NCBI GenBank assembly: GCA_001778985.1
Contig: MFIU01000001.1
Coordinates: 1 to 48,110, forward strand
From: Candidatus Giovannonibacteria bacterium RIFOXYD1_FULL_48_21
GTDB lineage: Bacteria; Patescibacteriota; Minisyncoccia; JACPKW01; UBA11713
DNA: 48,110 nt
Reading direction: 5' to 3'
Below, piece after piece: positions 43,782-48,110 of this stretch. A program made the position numbers and the translations under genes. Within the stretch, counting starts at the first letter, position 1. Each line of letters starts with the position of its first letter. The notes beneath the pieces are model-generated. The model was not told the origin of the DNA, did not search any database, and saw nothing but the letters and a program-made list of their open reading frames with translations.

Positions 43782-44990
43782 TCAAAGCGTTCCCACTACG
43801 CTGTAAAGAGGTTGAATCATGGAAAAAGCGAAAAGCCCCACCACCACTCCGATGATAATCATCAAAGCCGGCTCGATAATCGTGGAGAGGTCTTTGGTCG
43901 CCTGGGCGACTTCGTTTTCGTAAAAAACCGCGAGTCTGAAAAGCATCTCGGAAAGCTTGCCGGTCTCCTCGCCCACCGCCATCATCTCGCCGACCAAAGA
44001 GGGATAAAGCTCCGAGTTCTGGATGAAAATTTTGGAAATCGGCTCGCCTTTCTCAATGCTTTTTTGGGCCGAGAGCACCACCTCCCGATAATAATGATTC
44101 TGCAAAACGCCGTTGGTTACCGCGAGGGCTTCCAAAATTTCCACACCGGCCCCAACCAGCGAGCCCAACGTCCGGCAGGTGCGGGCGGAATTTGTTTTTT
44201 TGACGAGTCCGGCGATGACCGGAATCTTCAAAAGGGCAAAATCAATGAATCTATGCCCCCGCTCGCTTCTCGAAGCAAAGTATAAGGCGGCAAAAAAAAT
44301 AAGAAGAAGAATAGCGCCCAGAATTAAATTATCCAAGAAAAAGTTGCTGACGTTTATGATGAGACGGGTCGAAGCAGGAAGTTTAATGTTTAATTCCTTA
44401 AAAGTCTGAACCAAAGTCGGCACCACGTAGACCAGCATTAAGATTCCGATGCCGAACATCGCGACGAGAATCACGGCCGGATAAATCAAGGCTCCCCGGA
44501 TTTTTCTTTTGAGGTCGTATTCGCGCTTCAGCTGATGGGCTATCAATTTCAATGATTCATCGAGCTTGCCGGTTTTTTCACCCGCGGCCACCATGGCCTG
44601 AAACAAAGGAGGAAAAATGTTCGGAAAACTTTTCAAGGCCTCGGAAAAATTCGAGCCTTTTTTGATGGCGGCCGCCAGAGCAAGAAGAGTTTCTTGGAAC
44701 TTGTGATTGTGGGATTCCCGGGCTAAAACTTCAAAACTCCTCGCCAAGGCGAGCCCGGCGGCAATCATCACCGAGAGATTTCTCGCGAAAATCATCTTCT
44801 CGGCGGTTGAGACGCGCCTTAAAAAAGAAGGCAGGCGAAGCGTTAAACCGGCCTGGGCCTCTTCGGCGCTTATCAAGACATACCCTTCCTCGCGAAGGGA
44901 TTTCGCGAGTTCAAATTTATCTTTGGCCTCCCTCGAGCCTTTCAACTCCTCTCCGGCCAAACTCTTGGCCGCGTAGCTGTAAACCGCCAT
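43782..44990 (-). CDS. pilC: Type IV pilus platform protein PilC/GspF
   Basis: AGEKTGKL, ALIYP, VGEETG, IEP. Confidence 0.93.
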   Translation of the reverse strand: MAVYSYAAKSLAGEELKGSREAKDKFELAKSLREEGYVLISAEEAQAGLTLRLPSFLRRVSTAEKMIFARNLSVMIAAGLALARSFEVLARESHNHKFQETLLALAAAIKKGSNFSEALKSFPNIFPPLFQAMVAAGEKTGKLDESLKLIAHQLKREYDLKRKIRGALIYPAVILVAMFGIGILMLVYVVPTLVQTFKELNIKLPASTRLIINVSNFFLDNLILGAILLLIFFAALYFASRSERGHRFIDFALLKIPVIAGLVKKTNSARTCRTLGSLVGAGVEILEALAVTNGVLQNHYYREVVLSAQKSIEKGEPISKIFIQNSELYPSLVGEMMAVGEETGKLSEMLFRLAVFYENEVAQATKDLSTIIEPALMIIIGVVVGLFAFSMIQPLYSVVGTL

Positions 44991-45033
44991 AATTTAAGTT
45001 TAGCAAAATTCCGCCAAACTCCTTTTGGAAAAC

Positions 45034-45056
45034 AAAAAACCCCTAAAAGGGTTTTT
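45034..45056. terminator. Terminator-like hairpin
   Basis: AAAAACCC CTAAAA GGGTTTTT. Confidence 0.5.
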
Positions 45057-45103
45057 ATTATTGCAACTTGATTTTATGTTTATAACGCACTATCATAACC
45101 CAT

Positions 45104-45358
45104 ATGAACTCCTACACCTACCGAATAATCATTGAGCCGGATGAGAACAACACTTTTCACGCCTATGTTCCGGCGCTTCCTGGTTGCCATACATGGGGAG
45201 AAAGTTTTGAGGAAGCGCGCGAGAATATCCGCGACGCAATTGATACTTATATAAGAAGTCTTACCAAAGACGGCGAAAGAATTCCTTTGGATCGCGGAGT
45301 TGAAATAGTGGAAACCATATCCGCTTCACGACCAAGAAAATCTTTTTCCCGTGTCTAA
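45104..45358 (+). CDS. hicB: HicB-family antitoxin
   Basis: VPALPGCHTWGESFEEA..NI.DAI..Y; TTGATT-17-TATCAT promoter. Confidence 0.88.
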   Translation: MNSYTYRIIIEPDENNTFHAYVPALPGCHTWGESFEEARENIRDAIDTYIRSLTKDGERIPLDRGVEIVETISASRPRKSFSRV

Positions 45359-45511
45359 ACTCCCTCTGTGTCTCGCCATCCAGGCAAAAACAGCCGCGAG
45401 ATGATTATCTATTTCTGCAAACCCCTTTGTAACCGATTGGGCAATTTTCTCAATATCCTTCTTAGTAGCCAGAACTTCTTTCAGTTTTTTAATGTCGTTG
45501 TCCGTAAGCAT
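45326..45511 (-). CDS. Small hypothetical coiled-coil protein, probably 3'-truncated
   Basis: MLTDNDIKKLKEVLATKKDIE...; the tail runs antisense into hicB/hicA. Confidence 0.45.
   Translation of the reverse strand: MLTDNDIKKLKEVLATKKDIEKIAQSVTKGFAEIDNHLAAVFAWMARHRGSLDTGKRFSWS
45351..45404 (+). pseudogene. Truncated HicA-like toxin start
   Basis: GTG-SKLPLC overlaps the hicB end as a coupled hicA would, but stops after 17 codons. Confidence 0.4.
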
Positions 45512-45526
45512 ATTCCAATAATAAGA

Positions 45527-47284
45527 TTATTCTCTCGTTACCCTTAAGACTTCTTCTATCGTGGTAATCCCCTGCACGGCTTTCGCGATGCCGTCTTCGA
45601 GCATAGTCATCATACCTTCTTCTTTGGCGCGCTTTTCAATGTCGTCCGAAGTGGCGTTCGCCATAATCAGCTGTTTGACTGATTCGGTCATCGCTAAAAC
45701 TTCATGAATCCCGATTCGCTCCTGATAGCCGTCCGGGCATTCGGAAGTTGGTTCGGGTTTGTAAAAATTAATCGAAGACCAGTCTTCGTCGGCTTTGATA
45801 AGCTTGTATTCTTTTAAAAATTTTAAAATCCGCTCCAAATCCACTTCTCGCGAAAGCTCCTTCAGCTCATTCTTGGAAAGTTTGAATGGTTTTCGTGATT
45901 TACAAAGCCGCCGGACCAGCCTTTGCCCCACAATCGCTGTCACGGTGGAAGCGATTAGAAAAGGCTCAACTTTCATATCCAAAAGTCTGGGCAAAGCTCC
46001 GGCCGCGGAGTTGGTATGAAGCGTGGAGAGAACCAGATGCCCGGTCAAGGCGGCGTTTATCGCTAAAGACGCGGTTTCGTTATCCCGAATCTCGCCGACC
46101 ATTATGATGTCCGGGTCCTGCCTGACGAGCGAACGGAGTCCGGTCGCGAAACTGAAACCAATTTCCGGTTTCACCTGGGTCTGGTTGACCCTGGGCATGC
46201 GGTATTCAATCGGGTCTTCAATCGTGGAAATGTTGACCTCCGGAACGTTCAAAATATCAAGGACGGTGTAGAGGGTCGTGGTTTTGCCGGAGCCGGTCGG
46301 GCCGGTGGCCAGCACCATGCCCACCGGTTTTTTAATCGCCCGGTGCAATCTTTCCAGACTCTCTCCGAAAAACCCCAAAGTTTCCAGGGTGAAACTTTTG
46401 GAATTTTCCACGAGAAGCCGGAGCGCGGCCTTCTCCCCCTCGCCCACCGGCAGGATGGAAACCCGGAACGAAATTTTCTCCTCCGGGGTTTCGATTTTAA
46501 ATCTGCCGTCCTGGGGCAATCTGTGCTCATCCAGTTTCAAATTGGAAAGCACTTTTATTCTGGCGATTATTCCCGGAGCGACCTGCTTGGGAAGGAGCAT
46601 GGCCTCGCGCAGAATGCCATCCACGCGATATCTCACCACCACCTCTTTTTCCTGGGGCTCGATGTGGATGTCCGAAGCTCGCTCCACGATGGCGTGGCGC
46701 AAAAGGGTGTCTACGATTCTTACGATCGGGAGGTCTTCGGCGACTTTCTTCAAATCTTCGGTCCCTACTTCCCCCTTGCCTTCCTCCACCGGAGTCGTCA
46801 CCAAAACATCCCGGGCTTCTTTTTTTATGATATCTCCAAACTCCGCTTCCAAAGAGCGCCGGTACTGCGAGAGCACATGCTTAATGGAGGATTTGGTGGT
46901 GAGGCGCGGCAGAATTTTCAGATTGGAAGTCTTTTTTATAAAATCAATTGTTTCCAGGTTCTCCGGATCCAGCATGGCCACCTCCAAATTATTTCCTGAT
47001 TTTTTGTAGGCCACGATATTGTGCGTGCGGGCAATCGGCTCGGGAATCATCCGCAAGGCTTCGTCTGAAATTTTTTCGTGCTCCAAATCCACGAAAGGAA
47101 TGCCCAAAATATAAGCCGCGAGCCGGGCGAAATCGTCCTCGGTAATTTTTCCCTCCTTTATCAGGACCTCGGCGAGGTCCTCGCCGCTTTTCTCCGCTTT
47201 TTTCTCGGCAGCTTCAAGAGACTTAGCGTCCAGAAGTTCCGCGTCCAGCAAAAAAGCCTTAAGCCTTTGTGGTTCAATTTTCAC
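45527..47284 (-). CDS. pilB: Type IV pilus/T2SS assembly ATPase PilB/GspE
   Basis: ASDIHIEP, PQDGR, GPTGSGKTTT, EDPIE, RQDPD, GHLV.STLH. Confidence 0.95.
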   Translation of the reverse strand: MKIEPQRLKAFLLDAELLDAKSLEAAEKKAEKSGEDLAEVLIKEGKITEDDFARLAAYILGIPFVDLEHEKISDEALRMIPEPIARTHNIVAYKKSGNNLEVAMLDPENLETIDFIKKTSNLKILPRLTTKSSIKHVLSQYRRSLEAEFGDIIKKEARDVLVTTPVEEGKGEVGTEDLKKVAEDLPIVRIVDTLLRHAIVERASDIHIEPQEKEVVVRYRVDGILREAMLLPKQVAPGIIARIKVLSNLKLDEHRLPQDGRFKIETPEEKISFRVSILPVGEGEKAALRLLVENSKSFTLETLGFFGESLERLHRAIKKPVGMVLATGPTGSGKTTTLYTVLDILNVPEVNISTIEDPIEYRMPRVNQTQVKPEIGFSFATGLRSLVRQDPDIIMVGEIRDNETASLAINAALTGHLVLSTLHTNSAAGALPRLLDMKVEPFLIASTVTAIVGQRLVRRLCKSRKPFKLSKNELKELSREVDLERILKFLKEYKLIKADEDWSSINFYKPEPTSECPDGYQERIGIHEVLAMTESVKQLIMANATSDDIEKRAKEEGMMTMLEDGIAKAVQGITTIEEVLRVTRE

Positions 47285-47411
47285 CCCGTTAGAAATAGTC
47301 CCGTTAGAAATCCAAAATGAGACCGTTTACTGCTGGTAATAAAAACTTTATTTGATGTTGATAGCATTCCAAAAAATTTAATTTCTAACGGGACGCGATT
47401 TCTAACGGGGT
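47283..47411. mobile_element. Two nested CCCGTTAGAAA-family elements
   Basis: Outer 14-bp IR 47283-47296/47398-47411; inner 14-bp IR 47298-47311/47381-47394 around 69 nt. Confidence 0.85.
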
Positions 47412-47786
47412 TCATTCCCCTTCAAGGATCCCCTTAACTTTTTTCACTATCTCCGGCAGAGAATAGTTGGCTTTTACGAGATAAGCCTTCACCCCGAAAG
47501 AGGAAGCTCGTTCAATATCCTGGGGGGTTTCCAGATTGGTAAGGATGATGACCGGGATGGTTTTAAGCTCGGGATTTTCCCGCATATCTTCCATAATCTT
47601 AAACCCGTGTTTTTTCGGCAAAACCAAATCCAAGATAATCAAATCCGGATGCTTTTCCTGAATTTGCCGAAACCCGGTTTCGCCGTCGTTCGAAACCGTG
47701 ACTTCCAATCCGGCCTGCCGCAGCGCCTCAGCCAGCTGGTTCGCCAAAGCGGTATCGTCTTCGACTACTAATATTTTTTTAGGCAT
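47412..47786 (-). CDS. Single-domain response regulator (receiver)
   Basis: ILVVEDD, PDLIILD..LP, LTN, YLVK. Confidence 0.92.
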   Translation of the reverse strand: MPKKILVVEDDTALANQLAEALRQAGLEVTVSNDGETGFRQIQEKHPDLIILDLVLPKKHGFKIMEDMRENPELKTIPVIILTNLETPQDIERASSFGVKAYLVKANYSLPEIVKKVKGILEGE

Positions 47787-47789
47787 ATT

Positions 47790-48110
47790 TTAAGTTTTAG
47801 CTTTAGGCAAAGTAAAAAAGAAAGTGGAGCCGTGGCCCTCCAGGGTTCGAAATCCGACCGTGCCGCCCGAAGCCTCGATGATGTACTTTGAAAGATACAG
47901 CCCCACGCCCAAACCCTCGGTCTGGTAGCGGAGAATGTTGGAGGCCCGGAAAAATTTTGAAAAAATCTGCCGCGCCTCCTGGGCCGAAATGCCCGCGCCC
48001 TGGTCCGTGATCGACCATTTCACTCCCCAGCCCACATCCTCCAGTGTCACCGTCAGCTCGCCCGAAGCGGTCGAGTAACGAATCGCGTTGTCAATGAAAC
48101 GGGAGATGAC
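47790..48110 (-). CDS. Sensor histidine kinase, C-terminal HATPase part (5' truncated by window edge)
   Basis: DNAIRYS, DQGAGI, F.KFFR, G.G.GL, GSTF. Confidence 0.9.
   Translation of the reverse strand, partial: VISRFIDNAIRYSTASGELTVTLEDVGWGVKWSITDQGAGISAQEARQIFSKFFRASNILRYQTEGLGVGLYLSKYIIEASGGTVGFRTLEGHGSTFFFTLPKAKT

Overview
48-kb chromosomal segment of a small-genome bacterium (code 11). Shortened Mfd, IF2 and ValRS, a VirB2-like pilin array and a type IV pilus operon suggest Patescibacteria/CPR (Parcubacteria-like); this is an inference. Housekeeping genes include rpsA, gyrA, rbfA, infB, rplS, a frameshifted tsaD, valS and htrA. There are 13 intact tRNA genes. A ~11-kb defence island next to tRNA-His carries an N6-adenine MTase, AbiEi/AbiEii, a PLD-SF2 helicase, a PD-(D/E)XK nuclease, a Panacea/RelE-like TA pair and remnants of older RM genes. 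The most striking observation is two independent 'nested' tRNA genes. A tRNA-Gly(GCC) gene (12466-12754) and a tRNA-Val-like gene (38229-38415) are each split in the anticodon arm by an insert bounded by inverted repeats, and each insert carries a complete, divergent tRNA of the same specificity (Gly-GCC, Val-TAC). Both bounding repeats belong to small palindromic repeat families with other copies in the window; one family inserts at ATGA stop/start overlaps and preserves translational coupling. Also notable: a DUF3800 gene faced by a promoter-driven structured RNA, many in-frame palindromic insertions in proteins (including L19), and REP-like repeats at tRNA 3' ends next to a GIY-YIG nuclease. 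All calls come from reading the sequence; no database searches were run.
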